Assembly: GCA_964016885.1 (NCBI GenBank)
Contig: OZ024741.1
Coordinates: forward strand, 81,964,001-82,028,000
Origin: Eledone cirrhosa
Lineage: Eukaryota
DNA length: 64,000 nucleotides
Direction: 5' to 3'
Shown: in pieces, positions 14,238 through 27,863 of the stretch
Numbering within the stretch: the first letter of the stretch is position 1
How the letters are laid out: the number at the start of each line of letters is the position of its first letter
Notes under the pieces: generated by a model
What the model saw: the letters and a program-made list of their open reading frames with translations, nothing else
The model's database searches: none
Told to the model about the DNA's origin: nothing
Made by a program: the position numbers and the translations under genes

Positions 14238-15068
14238 TAAACATAATTTTAGAGAGATTGAATTTCGGCAGTGGTCGAAAACAAGGCGGAACGCAATATC
14301 CCAGTTATGTTGCAAGCGCTCCGTGAACTAAAAAAAGACCAGAGCAATAAAGATAGGTTATAGATGCCAAACAAACTGAGAATGGCGATTAAGAAGCCAT
14401 CAGCCACCTAAGCCAAAAAAAACGAAGCAAGCCAAACAGGTCAAACAAAAAGTATTTACCTGGACACCTGGAATTGATGGTATAATCCAGTAAAGGGTTT
14501 CTGCGACGCGTAAATCAATTATACTGCCTGCTTCCATATTAAGCTTTTGGTATAATGATCGAACAAGTCTACCACTTCGTCAACAGGTATTTTGTTATCA
14601 ACCAGCATGCGGGATTACTGCAGTAGTAATATGTAGTAGTGAAACCCCACGTGTATTACTCTGCAATGGAGGTAAACCCAGTTCTTGGCAGATGAATTCA
14701 GCATGTGTAAAATTAATGCAACAATTGGAAAAACTGCACAAATCGAATTAAGGTCTCGACCGGGTTGTTTTAAAAATAAACTTAAGCAATTAATCAGTCA
14801 ATAGAATTATCTAATAGAATTAACTGGTTAATTTCTAGGCTCAGGAGATTAATACAAACATAATTTTAGAGAGATCGAATTTCGGCAGTGGTCGAGAACA
14901 AAGCGAAACGCAATATCCGAGTTATGCAGCAAGCGCTCCATGGACTAAAAAAAGACCAGAGTAATAAAGATAGGTTATAGATGCCAAACAAACTGAGAAT
15001 GGCGATTAGGAAGCCATCAGCCACCTAAGCCAAAAAAAAATGAACCAAGCCAAACAGGTCAAACAAAA
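14238..15068. repeat. Partial tandem repeat, about 618-bp period (about 210-bp block duplicated)
   Basis: aaacataattttagagagat...caggtcaaacaaaa at about 14238-14450 and 14856-15068. Confidence 0.85.
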
Positions 15069-15073
15069 GAATA

Positions 15074-15940
15074 TACGAGGTGTGTCAGAAAAGATTTATT
15101 TCAAACCCAAACTTCACACTATGAGTTTTCTCCTTCAAAGTCATCCCCCTGGAGTATGTAACTGTAATCTTAGCTCTCTGCAGCGATCAAACTTTTTTCT
15201 TCATAATGTTATATACATGTCCTCTGTTTCAGGTCGTCAAGCAATGAGCACAGAGCAACGAACAAACTTGAAAACTCCGTCAGAAGCACTGGGATTGCTA
15301 CAGTAAATGTATGGAGATGAGACGATGTCACGCTCACGTGTTTTTTAGTGGTGCAAGAGATTTAAAGAAGGACGCGAGGACGTGGAAGATGATCCCAGCA
15401 ACGGAAGGCCCTCAACAACCAGGACTGAGGTCAACGTTGAGCGCGTCAGGCAGATGGTGCGTTACGATCGTCGGCTGACTGTTCGACTGATGGCAAATGA
15501 GCTGGGCATGGATCGGGACAGCGTCTGGAAGATTCTCGCTGAAGATTTGGACATTCGGAAAATCTGTGCAAAGATAGTGCCAAAACTGCTGAACGATGAC
15601 CAGAAGGGTCGACGCATGCAAATGTGCCAGGACATCCTCAAGCGTCTTGAAACCGAACCAGACTTGCTAGGGACAGTCATCACCGGTGATGAGTCATGGA
15701 TCTTCGAGTACGACCCGGAGCGAACTCGTTTTGAAGACGAGGACGACATCATAAAGGCCGTGACGACGGAATTGCGGAAGACGACGGAACTTCCGGAAGA
15801 ATCCTTCCAGGAGTGTATGCAAGCGTGGTAGAAAAGGATGGAAAAGTGCATTAGACTCCAAGGGAAAACTCTTAGTGTGAAGTTTGGGTTTGAAATAAAT
15901 CTTTTGTGACATCAATCCTGGAAGTTTTCCGATCCACCTC

Positions 15941-15943
<3 letters not shown>
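15074..15943 (+). mobile_element. Mariner transposon with internal deletion
   Basis: Termini tacgagg...cctcgta in TA context; subterminal inverted aaaagatttatttcaaacccaaacttcacacta; transposase motifs WCKRFKEGR..VEDD..GRP, IVPKLL, ITGDESW; catalytic middle missing after EYDPE. Confidence 0.92.
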
Positions 15944-15994
<51 letters not shown>

Positions 15995-15999
<5 letters not shown>

Positions 16000-16204
16000 A
16001 ACCAGTAAGACCCCGACAGCTGAGCTCAAGCCGTTTCGACGGCTAATTCTGGACTAATTCTGCATTTAGTCCAGAATTAGCCGTCGAAACGGCTTGAGCT
16101 CAGCTGTCGGGGTCTTACTGGTTCCTATTACCCACTCTACTACCCCGAGTATTGAGTACTTTGGTGCGTTATGGTCCACCTGGTTCCTTACCACATTTCC
16201 TTCG

Positions 16205-16205
<1 letters not shown>
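15995..16205. mobile_element. Perfect 63-bp-arm hairpin plus single-copy tail in (TA)n; PLE pLTR-like remnant
   Basis: Arms 15995-16057 and 16066-16128, 8-nt loop; contains GAAAC ggcttgagctcagct GTC (3' half of a hammerhead). Confidence 0.6.
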
Positions 16206-16292
<87 letters not shown>

Positions 16293-16346
16293 TAAAATAT
16301 AAAAGAGAAAACACAGGTAAGCATTAAGAGAAGGGTTTTATCCAGG

Positions 16347-16448
16347 TATTTACGACAGTTTCATTGGTAAGTGCAACCTTATATTGCTATACTGCAAATA
16401 GCAGCCACTCAATTATAATTGTTGTTCACAGTCCAAATTTTCAAAATA
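16347..16448 (-). ncRNA. Candidate type I hammerhead, U3-A8 core, long helix II
   Basis: Minus: tatt TTGAAAA t ttgg...ccaa t GAAA ctgtcg TA aata. Confidence 0.4.
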
Positions 16449-16758
16449 GTGAGTAAGCTGCTCTTGAAATAGTTCTTAATATATAGAGAAAAACATTTTT
16501 GGGGAATTGTATTTACTAGTATAGAGAGAGAGGAATTGGAAGGTGAGGGGACAGACGGAATAGTATAGAGACAGAGGAAGGGGAGGGGTTAGGGAGTAGA
16601 GTGACAAACTGAGATGGAGGGAGGGGTAGAGGTGGAAGGATTACTTGCTCAGTTTTGATATGTAGACTTCATGTCGTGGAATGTAGTGAGTTAAAGAGAA
16701 TTAAATTGATAATAGTGGGAGGGAGGGATAGAGAGAGAGAGAGAGAGAGATAGAGAGC

Positions 16759-16791
<33 letters not shown>

Positions 16792-17530
16792 GGGGAGAGA
16801 TAAAGAGCTCAAACTCACGAACCAAGCACGCTAACCAGTTAATTGTCTTCAGATTTTGATATTAGTAACGCTTTCATAGTTGCTTGTTTCGTGAACAGTT
16901 CCATATAGAATTATAATGTTATCAACTAATGTTCTTTCTCCTTAATGTTGCTGCATATGCAACAGTTATTTGCTTGCAATGCACGGAAGCATCCCAATAT
17001 ATTACTGAACAGTACATGGAAGACATATTGGTCTATATACATGGGCCCTATGCATGTGAGGGTATCTTAGTGTCAACGTTGTGCCATACGATGTGTATTG
17101 GGCATTTAAACCTGGTGGATACTATCTGCATACGGATGAGAATATGTTGAGTTTTTTCCTGACAAAATTAGCGAAAATGATAGCGGGGAGGAATAGGACT
17201 CAATATTGGTATTTTCCTTTATCATCCTCGAAGTTTTGAAAGGCATTGTTCGCTTCGGAAAGGTTTGACCTCAGAACGATTTGAGCCAAAGCAAATAAAC
17301 ACCAGATCATTGTATTCGACGCTCTAAAGGCTCTGACGAGGCACCATCCCCGTAGTCTGTTATAAACTGTTTGAATGAACTCAACGATATGTTTACACAT
17401 ATGGATTTGGTCATATGTCTCATTTAATGAACTGACTCGAGGATTAAACAAAAACGACAGCGACAATTCAATAACAGAAGCTAAAATTCACATAACTATA
17501 TATCTATTCTTGCAAGACAGATTATAGGAT

Positions 17531-17694
17531 ATGATGATGGTGGTTGTGGTGGTGATGATGATGATCATGATCATGATGATGATGATGCGGATGATGAGGA
17601 TGATGATGATGATGATGATGGCGATGATGATCATCATGATCATCATCATCATCATGATGGTCATGATGATGATGATGATCATGATGATGATGGC

Positions 17695-17728
<34 letters not shown>

Positions 17729-17785
17729 GTGTTCATGATGATGATGATGATGGTGATAATGATGATGGTGATGATGATGATGAGG
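17531..17785 (+). repeat. Imperfect (GAT)n microsatellite
   Basis: Direct reading. Confidence 0.95.
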
Positions 17786-18858
17786 GGGAGGAGGAGTAGG
17801 AGAAGAACTGTAAATCCGTTGAGTATAACATAGATACATTCACGCTTAACGCAATTCTTAAGCCGAGTCAGCTTGACATGATAAGTAACAAAGTTGGCCT
17901 TTTGAATTGCAGATAGAATCTATCTTATATAAAGTAAGTGTTTGAGTTTACACAGGCATGTTCATCCATACAATAAATGTCAGGCTAAATCAGAATGGCG
18001 TAACATGTGACAAGTTGAGACATTTGAATCACAGGTAAAATCCATTTGACAGTTTCTGTCAAGCAAATTTCCCTCGCAGCGCATAGTAAAACATTTATAG
18101 AATACGAAATCCTAAATAAACTGGTCGCATTTACTCCTACACCGAATGCATATAATTAGACATATAAATATTGGTAAATCGAATAATATATTTTATCAAT
18201 AACTGTAGTATCTTTATTATTTTGTGAATATCTCTGTAGTATCTAGCATATTTAGCATGCTTCAATAATTTGATTATATTGCCATGTTGTTTCTATTGAC
18301 ATCACATGGGACTCTCTTTGATAAGAAGATAAGAGACAAAGGACATGACAAGACCAAATAACAGCTTTGTTATTGGTTTCATTACTTTGGTCAAGAGAGG
18401 GAATTGTGATTTCTAAGTGAATTCGCTGAGATAATTAGTAACATGAACATGATATGACATCTGGGATATTGTCTATCATTGCCGATACAAGGAGAATAAA
18501 TTCCAAAGGAAAGCCTGGCTTGCTTAATCAAGGAATTCAGATTGTAGTTTCATGATGTGTATAAGAAGACGTTTGAGAATTGTCAAGGCCTACGTTAACC
18601 CAATTCCCCTAAAACAAACTAAAACAAAACAAAACAAAAGAAACATTTAACTTTCATAGCCAACTAAAGAACCTGAATTCATGTTCAATACTAAAACACG
18701 AGAAATAGCTGTCAAAATTCCTTCAAATTACATTAATCTTTTTGAGAATGAAATACAGATAATAACGCACGTTTAAAAAACAAATCCAAAATATTTTGAA
18801 CACAGATTTTTCCAACAATCTTTGAGAGAAAGCAACAATAAGAGCAATTATAAGAATG

Positions 18859-18985
<127 letters not shown>

Positions 18986-20612
18986 TGCATTTTCAGTTGA
19001 CATAGCAGGAGCTACGGGAAATTAATTGTCTTGTTCACGGTCAAGCTGCGTCGCCCTGTTTCAGAACCGTACCAACGATTATATGGTCATGAACACGCGA
19101 AAACTATCCATGCACCTTTACGAAAAAATGATTGTAACTATGTTCAACCGTTATTCTGCATAAAAATCAAATATGGCGATTGGAATTTTTAACAACCAAG
19201 AACATTGTCTATATTTTATATGTATTGTACACAGAATAAATGAGTTGTGATGTTAATCTGTATATTTACAAGACTCATAAATACATTGAAAATATATTTC
19301 AGTGTAACAAATGACTGTAAAAATTCGCAATAACAATGGATCTGAAGCTTTGCTATAATAATAGATTAAATATACATTTTGTTTTTACAATGGATGTAAA
19401 TTTAATATAATAAACATATTAACTCCATAATAGAAAATAATATGGCGATAAATTATTCATTTATAGCATTTCCCCCAGATTAAATTTTCTTATTTAAAAA
19501 CCATAAAAAGTGTAGTATAAAATACACTATTTATTTCAATTAATGCAGTTTGATGGAAAATAGATAATTATTTGGTGTGTTCAGCAGGCGTCAATATTCT
19601 ATTTTTGTTTTGCTGCTTTTTCCCTATGAGAGTTCTTTTGTTTGTTTGTTTGTTTTATAACATACTGTATAACATTGAATTATATATTGGCAAGAAGGAA
19701 AGTTTTACATTAAAATGTAAAAATGGTTCATTGTACATTGCAAATTTTTTCATCTATTTATGATGTAGGGTTACCAAAAAGTCTAAGTATACAACTGCAA
19801 CCAATATGACGACCAAGATTTCAAATTTGGTTTCGCGAGATTAATACAATAGACGATATATTTTTCGTTGGTATTTATATAAATATAATTTATTGAATAT
19901 TATTTCCCGCACGGCTTCAATACCATGTTTTTGAATACAGTTCCCACTTCGTTTGAAATCGAATTAAATAGTTAAAGCAATTTCTATTTTACAGAGTCTT
20001 CACACAGCTGACTGAGATACATCGACGCCTGTTGCCTTCTATACCACAATGATATCAACAAATGCCACGCTTAATACAACATCGATTAAAAAATCACAAT
20101 GTTTAATTGAAAAGACTCATTTTAATCTAAAATTATTTAATATAGTTGGCAATAAAAAGCTATTTATGAATAATGATACATTAAAAAAAATTAATGTCAA
20201 TAATAGCCATTAACTAATATTATCTAAACATTTTTGGGCAGTCGCAAAGACAATAGGTACAGTGAAATCTATAGTTTTCTGATGAGATGACAATGACAAA
20301 GTAACAAGTAATGGATAGTCAGCTGTACTTTATTTAAAACTATATTAGCGCCTTGAATTGCACCCCCCCCTCCAACCACAACTACAATAAGACTGCCAAT
20401 TATTGTTATCAAAGATATTATTTAGATTTTCTATTTGATTAGAGGTTCCTAATCAAATAAAGTTCGCAGACTGTATAACATACAGTATTTATGTCTTACA
20501 ACAGCCACATTATGATACATACGTAAACACAGGTGTGTGTGTTTGTGTACATGCGCATTCGTATATTTGTATGGACGCGTACGTGTACGTGTCTATCTCA
20601 CTCTCTCACTCA

Positions 20613-20661
<49 letters not shown>

Positions 20662-20821
20662 GATATATAGAGAAAAAGTAGAATTGGAAACACAACAGAA
20701 ATTATATTAAAACAATATGATTTTTTTTTTCTTCTTGGTCCGTCAAAGTGACATTATTGAAAAATGAGAGGAACAATTATTTTAGAAAAAAGGAGTTGTA
20801 TAATGTATATAGAATATATAA

Positions 20822-20868
20822 AATATTACCGGTTTCGATGTATCGGTGCAATCCATCTTATCAATATT
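20822..20868 (-). ncRNA. Minimal type I hammerhead, U3-A8 variant, in a PLE pLTR-like arm
   Basis: Minus: aata TTGATAA gatggattg cac cgatacatc GAAA ccgg TA atatt; palindromic helix III; helix I is off by one nt. Confidence 0.55.
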
Positions 20869-21476
20869 GAATATTATAATTAAAAAGCATTAAACAAGAA
20901 TGACAAATTTCAAATGTAAGATTAGGTGCTGAAGAAGGTCTGTTCATCTTTCTTGTTGAGAAGAAGACTCGGTTTAAAATGGAACGTTATATATTTAGAG
21001 AGAGAGGTTGTCTTATTAGTAGTAGTAGTGGTGGTGGTAGTTGTGTGTTTTCACAGGAAAAAATATTTTTAGGGAGAGGAATTTTTCTGTGTATATGTGT
21101 TTGTATTTCAATTGTGTTAAAGGACTGGTCAAGAGTTTACATGGAGGTGGCGAAGAGGGGAATGTCAGCTAGAGAAAATTGCTATAGGTATCTAGAATTG
21201 TAAAAGAAATTCCATTTTACGAGTATCGTTTTAGAGAGTATGAGTGTGTGTGTGTGTGTGTGTATGTGTGTACCTACACACACACACACACACAAACGCC
21301 CCCCCCCCACACAAATATATATATATATATATATATTGTGTGTGAGTGTGTGTGCTTATTTTTATTTTCCAAAAGTAACCCCTTTCCAAATTCCTGACTG
21401 AAAGTCATCACTAATACTATACTCCGTTTTTTAATTACCCACCACAAACACACCCGTGACAAACAAACAAACTAAA

Positions 21477-21510
<34 letters not shown>

Positions 21511-22225
21511 ACACACACTACAAAAACAAACAAATATATATATATATACAATATAGCTAAATAGCTCTTTTTTTTCTTTCTTTCCTCCAAATATATTTCT
21601 CTAAGATTTGATCTAAACTCTTGACCAGTCCTTTAACACAAAGCTTCTCAACCCATTTCGAAAACACGAAACGACCCCTACCCTATTTTTCCATTTTTTC
21701 AATATACTACTGATTTTGATATCAGTAGATTACTAAAAAATTGATTAACAATATTCCAAAGATACCATTGCAGGCAGTTGAGTGTATAAATACATTCCTT
21801 GAAAGGAAGTATATAAATTTCAAAAAAAGGAACATAAATGTTCTTTTTTTAATGAATAAGGACCAGTTGAATTTGTTATATTCCCATCAGACGATACCAG
21901 CTGTTTTGAACATTTATACAAGAGCAACTCTGTCTATGCAAAGCGCGCTCTTATCTGGAAGAAAGTGGCAATTATATCATTTCAAAGCTTTCCAATTTTC
22001 CCTTTAATGAAACGGACAGAATAAATGTTGATATCTAACTTGATGCCCTTCCGCTTTGTGAGCTTAGAGACCACGGAAGAGGGTTTTCATGACCACGTAA
22101 GAAGGTATATTCATTAGTAAACGGTAAAATATATACAACAAATGAGTAAGTGAATTGTGGTAGATGGTTCCCAGTCCAGTCAGACTGCAACTACAAATAA
22201 AAAATCGACTTTCTTTGACCTCATT

Positions 22226-24006
22226 TCAATGGGACCCTTGAACTTCATGGAGTTTAGCTAACTCTTTGACGTCAGGCTGGATTTTCGTAAGATGTAGCCA
22301 GAGATCTCCCCGTGCAATCACATTGTAGCGGTTGCGAGCCTTACTATGCCGTCTGGAAACAGCGCCAAACCCCCTCTCGACTAAGTATGAGCTAGGAAAA
22401 GGCATAGCAAATCTCTTAGCCTCTGCATGTAGGAGTGGAAATCGACGCTGAATTTCCTCTTGCATCCAAAAAAGGGGTTCGCCTATTTTGGAAAATTTAA
22501 TTTTGATAATGTCATCTGTCTGAAGTTCAATTAATTCTTCCTGAAATTTAACGTCCAAATCGTCAACGTTAGCTATGAAGGGATCTGCTATCCCCATTTG
22601 GATGTCCATCTGCAAAAGGTCGACAAACCGTTCTCTCATGTTGTGTTGTAGTGCACGGAGGTGCGCGGTATAAATTTGGAGTTGGTCATCGCTCACAATG
22701 TTTTGAACATTGGCGACTCTGGGAAAATTATAGAATTCCCGTCAACAAAGATTCCTTTCGATGACTTTCAATTTGGCCAGGAATATTTTCACAGCACTCC
22801 TTACTTTAAACAAGGTGATCTTTTTCCCCTGGAAAGCCATAATGAGGCTATTGCATTTGTCGAAGATGTCGGCGAGGTAGGCGCAGTTTTGCCTCATATC
22901 GAAGGTTTTTTATACAGTCATGTGTTGTGTCCTCGAAGAAACTCAATGATAGTGTCGAACAGTTCAAAGAAGCGAGTAAGGCACTTGCACTTTGAAAGCC
23001 ACCTCACTTCAGTATGAAGGAGCAGCTAGACAAATTCTTCGTCATTATCTTCGCACAGTTGCAGGAAAATTCGTTCATTGAGGGCATGGCGTTTGATATA
23101 ATTGATGACATCAATGGCTACCTGCAAAGACTTGCTCAGCGGCTCGCTGAGTTTCTTCGCAGCCAAGTGTTGTTGATGAATGACACAATCAACAGCAAAT
23201 ACAGATGTATTTTCCCTCTTCAGAAGAGAGACGAAACCCTTATGTTGGCCGACCATTGTTCTTGCGTCGTCCGTTGCATATGATACAATATTGTTAAGAG
23301 GTATCTCTTTTTCTTTGAGGTATCCCTTGACAGATTCAAAGATGGTGGCACCTTTAGTATCTGTGCCTAGATTCAGAGTGAAGAGAAGCTCTTCGTGCAT
23401 TTCGTTTTGGGCGAGAAATCGCACGTATCCCAGTAGAAAGGACTGATTCCCAGAAAGTGTGCTTTCATCAAGATGCAAAGCGAATTGTGTCGATTTCAAG
23501 ATGTTGCATAATTTTTGTTCAACATTTTCCGCCATTTCGTCGATACGTCTCCTTTTTGAGTCGTTACTCAACGGAATACATTTCAAGGTCTTTAACGGGT
23601 TCTGATGTAGTACTGTTGAAAGAACTTCTGAGATGACAGGAGCTACCAATGTTTCACCCAAGTAATGAGCCTTGCCACAGTTTGCGATTATGTTGGCAAT
23701 ATTGTAAGATGCGACAAGTCCATCAACATTTGAAGCTTCAACTTTTGAAAAGGCAGAATAAATTAGTGTTGTTTTCTGAAATTGGTCCCTAAGAGACTGA
23801 AAGTATGCTAAATCTTTACATCTCTTATCGGGGTGCCTCACCTCCAGGTGCCTACTCAAACGCGATGGCTTCATCGCCTCATTCGAAAAGGACTCCTTGC
23901 AAATTAAACACATGGGTGACAGGTGGTTCGACGGCGATGGAATGAATCCGAACCCTAAGTAATCAACGCTGTACTGCCTGCATTTTTTCTTCATTGCTGA
24001 GGCCAT
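22226..24006 (-). pseudogene. Buster/Charlie (ZBED5/SCAND3-like) transposase, disrupted
   Basis: RQYSVDYLGFGF..PMCLIC..NEAMKPSRLSRHL..H (BED finger), FALHLDEST, CVIHQQHLAAK, FPSSYLVERGF, C-terminal QGSH; broken into pieces. Confidence 0.92.
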
Positions 24007-24174
24007 TTTCAGTTTATCGAATCTGTTTGGTAAAATTACGCAAAGATTTGCGTATATAAGCCTATAAAATTATGTATAAGGAACTTACTATAATGAGTCC
24101 TGTTCCAGTATGATAAAGTTTCAAGTAATGTTCTGGAATAACGCTTTGTAATAAACACAATTGCAATGAAAAAC

Positions 24175-24345
24175 ACGGCAGAGGGTCGGATGCCATGCTT
24201 TGAAGCATAGAGTTACCTCCCAGTATGATCTGAGTCAAATCCCGCCGAGGTTAACTTTGCCTTTCATCCTTCCGGGGTCGATAAAATAAAGTACCAGTAA
24301 TGCACTGGCTAATTACTGGCCTTGTGCCAAAAGTAGAAACAATTA
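24175..24345 (+). mobile_element. tRNA-type SINE, 5'-truncated
   Basis: Matches the 12040-12228 copy. Confidence 0.8.
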
Positions 24346-24895
24346 ATTAACCAAATCGTGACAAGTTATATATGAAGATTAACCAGTCTTTCATGTAGGC
24401 ATAGTAATAACTTAGCTTGAGGGAATTAAGGTGGCAGACTCAATAAAGGATCAATGAGGCAACGAGCTCAATAGAACTTAATGCAAGAATGACTAGTAAT
24501 GTGCTATTTTGAAATGGAATTCATCAATTAAGCACGTAGTGATAAGACGCGATAATACTAACTTAAGACATTACTTATTAGTCAGTTACTCAAATTATCG
24601 CCCTTACCTTAATGCATCACTGTGATATTCTTGTAATGGTGCTGCAATTATAATGGATGACTGTTGAAGACTACAAAAGCACTCCCTTAAGCCCAAGGCT
24701 ATAACAAGACTTGATCGTAGTATAAACAATCAGTTTATATAGGAATAGCAACAACCTAATTATAGAATAAATGATGTGGAAATGCAATGAAGAGAAGATG
24801 AGGTCAAGCAAACCGAATGTTAGTAAGAATGAGCTGAAGTATCGAGGTCAAGCCGAACACAGTGAATTCAATTCATGAATAATGTTGCACTTTTC

Positions 24896-26310
24896 CAGGG
24901 GCATCGTTTGCCTTAAAAATGTGAGGGGGACAAACCAACATTTGTTGGAGCATTTTAGTATTACTCATGGTGTCTTTCCTGAACCCTATCACATAAGTAA
25001 AATTTTACGCTAATTAGACTTTATATATTCAAATGAAGTTCAGATATAAAAAAATAAGCTTAAAAAGTATTTATTATATCAAATAAAAAAAAAATAGACG
25101 TTTGAATAAAAATCATATAAAGTAAATTTATTGTCTTTTAGAACTTTTCAAATGTATCATATCTCGCATCATTGCTGTCAATAAATAATTTAGAAACTTC
25201 TTCACAACTAATTTTTTTCAAAAACATCTCTATGAACGTGGCATATTAGAATATGATTCAACCTTTGCTAAGTCATGGTCGATCGCAATCAAGTTTTGAG
25301 TCTCTGCAGAGCGCTAAAAGATCTTTCAGCTTCACAAGAACTGGTTGGAAACATTAAAAGTAGCCTGAGCAATCGCTCAACATTTAGAAACATGCGACGG
25401 ACTTCTGGTTGCATTTCAGCGAATATGTTACGATGATCCTCGAGAGATGATCCATTATGATGATTTCTAGAAAAAAGTATTTCTTTCCTTAAAGAAAATT
25501 CATCAAGCTCTGGATAGTGCATGATCACTTCAGCACAAACATTTCCATTGAGTAAAATATTGCTCAGTTTTTCATAATCTGCTAAATCCTGTGAAAAAGA
25601 ATAATCTTTCAAATTTGATATTGCAGTATCCACTACCTGCAAATACTGTATGATCCAAAGCAGTGCAGTGTTGATATTTTAACGCATTTCCTTCCTGGTA
25701 TCTTCTAGGAACTTTTCGTTGCCTGGGTAGCTCCAAAGGAGAAATATCGAGTTGATAAATCATTTTTTCTGCTGTATTGCACAGCTCCTTAAATTTTTCT
25801 TCACTGCATAGATTTTTTAGCTCCTCCTGCACCAGTTTGACACTATGCAACATGCTACCTAGATTGACGGTTGTACTTTGAAAAGATTTATTCAATCCTT
25901 CAAGGGATTGAAGTAATGGAACTACAACGTGCAATCCAAGAACACATTGGCCCGGAGAGTGAGACGTAAGAATAACATTAGCTCTGGATGCAATGTTGGT
26001 GCCAAACTCATTTGTTGTAAAGAAATAGGGACATCTGAATAATTGTCAAGAAGGGCTTTGACTGCAGAAGGTCGTGTTAGCCATCGAGTAGGGCACACAG
26101 ATTTTAAGAAGCGTGGTGATGATACTTTATTTTCTTCATCATGTTGTGATAAATATGCGTGCTTAAATTTCCCTGATGTACTATATAGTTTCCGCAATTC
26201 ATTCACGTAACCTAGAACAGTTTTGATAAGTGAAGCTTGTTGTATGGACTTAGCTATAATAAGTTGAGAAATATGAATGTCGCAGTGCAGGTAATGGGCC
26301 AAAGCAAGTT
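24896..26310 (-). pseudogene. Second hAT (ZMYM1/Tip100-like) transposase C-terminal half with probable 3' terminus
   Basis: LKSVCPTRW, LPRQRKVPRRY, LLRLLLMFPTSSCEAERSFSALQRLKT.LRSTM dimerisation motif; cagggg terminus near 24896. Confidence 0.85.
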
Positions 26311-26924
26311 ATGTTAGAATTTTTAAAAGGATCTTTAAAAAATACCCGTACGAATTAAATACAAAAAAGGTTTCAGTCCAAAACAAAAGCAAGCTATTTC
26401 AAATTATATATTTTTGAAAAATAGACGTGTTCTCAGACTTGATTTCAGTCGAAAAAGCTTTTTTTTCAAATTTTATATTTCACTGTTAGCTGTTGTAAAA
26501 TTTTGATTGGATAAACAATTCTACAATTCAAACTGTAAAGTCAAAATGCGAAAGATATAAAATATGAAGAATGTCTTACCTTTCTCTGAAATCACAAACT
26601 CAGGGGAAAGATAGTACCTTGCAAAATAAAAGACGTCGTAGCAAAATAAAATACTTAGCAACGAATGAATTGAGAAGCTTGGTGGCAGTGAGAAAGTAGT
26701 ATTTGTATCCCTTATATATACATAGATAGATACACAGACACACACACACATAGACGCGCACGCACACACACACACACATAGACACACATATACATACACA
26801 CACCCAAACTTGCGTGTGTGTGCCTAGGTTTGGGAACAGAAAGAATTTTGTCTACTGTTTTTTATTGCGTGGTCAAAGGCCACTGCTCTTTTCAACAACG
26901 CCATATAACAACGCCATACACACG

Positions 26925-26962
<38 letters not shown>

Positions 26963-27106
26963 AATGAAGAAAGAAAGAGGGAGGGACAGAGAGAGTAAGA
27001 AATGCGCGTGTGTGTGTTTGGTACACATCTATCTATCTATCTATATATCTGTCTATCTTTCTATCTTTCTATCTTTCTATCTTTCTATCTATCTATATAT
27101 CTCCAA

Positions 27107-27509
27107 CAGGGGGTTCAAACATGCGGCCCGCGAACTACCTTTCTGTGCCCCGTGGTAGAACCAATATTTCATATTGCATTATAACTGGTGAAAATAAGGC
27201 GGTGAGCTGGTGGAATCGTTTGCACATCTGGCGAAATGCTTAATGGTACTTCTTCGTTTTTACGTTCTGAGTTCAAATTCCGCCGATCTCAACTTTGCCT
27301 TTCATCCTTTTGGGGTCGATGAATTAAGTACCAGTTGTGTACTAGGATCGATGCAATCGACTGAACTCTGAACCTCAAATTTCATGCCTTGTTCCTATAG
27401 TAGAAATGATTATAACTGGTGAAAATCTTCACCCACCACCTCGTTTAGCCCACTGTGCCTCTGCTCCAGGACGTAATGGCCCTTTTGTGTCCTTGAGTTT
27501 GAGACCCCT
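27107..27509. mobile_element. hAT-type MITE carrying a nested SINE
   Basis: Imperfect TIRs cagggggttcaaac / gtttgagacccct and the tgcggcccgcg subterminal motif typical of hAT MITEs. Confidence 0.6.
27196..27408 (+). mobile_element. tRNA-type SINE (second subfamily) with 18-bp TSD
   Basis: B box gagttcaaattcc; TSD attataactggtgaaaat at 27178-27195 and 27409-27426. Confidence 0.88.
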
Positions 27510-27511
27510 CT

Positions 27512-27586
<75 letters not shown>

Positions 27587-27863
27587 TTTACTTTTTTTCT
27601 GTCTCGACTAAGCCCATGCTGGAGCAACACCTTGGTAAGTTATGGGAACGTCAACAAACCAACAAGCATTGGTGGGAGGGCAAACAAAAATGCAAATACA
27701 CACACAGACATATATACATATATACGACGGGCTTCTTTTAGTTTCGGTCTATCAAATCCACTCACATGGCTTTGGTCGGCCCGAGCAGTGGGACATAATC
27801 CGGAAATATGTGGTTGGGAAGCAAGCTTCTTGTCACACTGCGTATATATATATATATATATAT

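Noticed and set aside
16850-17480. Unique sequence with short ORFs, possible host exon or pseudogene
   Set aside because: All frames are interrupted and no motif was recognised; BLASTX is needed
26820-26920. Degenerate UUGAAAA hammerhead-like motif on the minus strand
   Set aside because: GAAA and helix I are not intact; indistinguishable from chance
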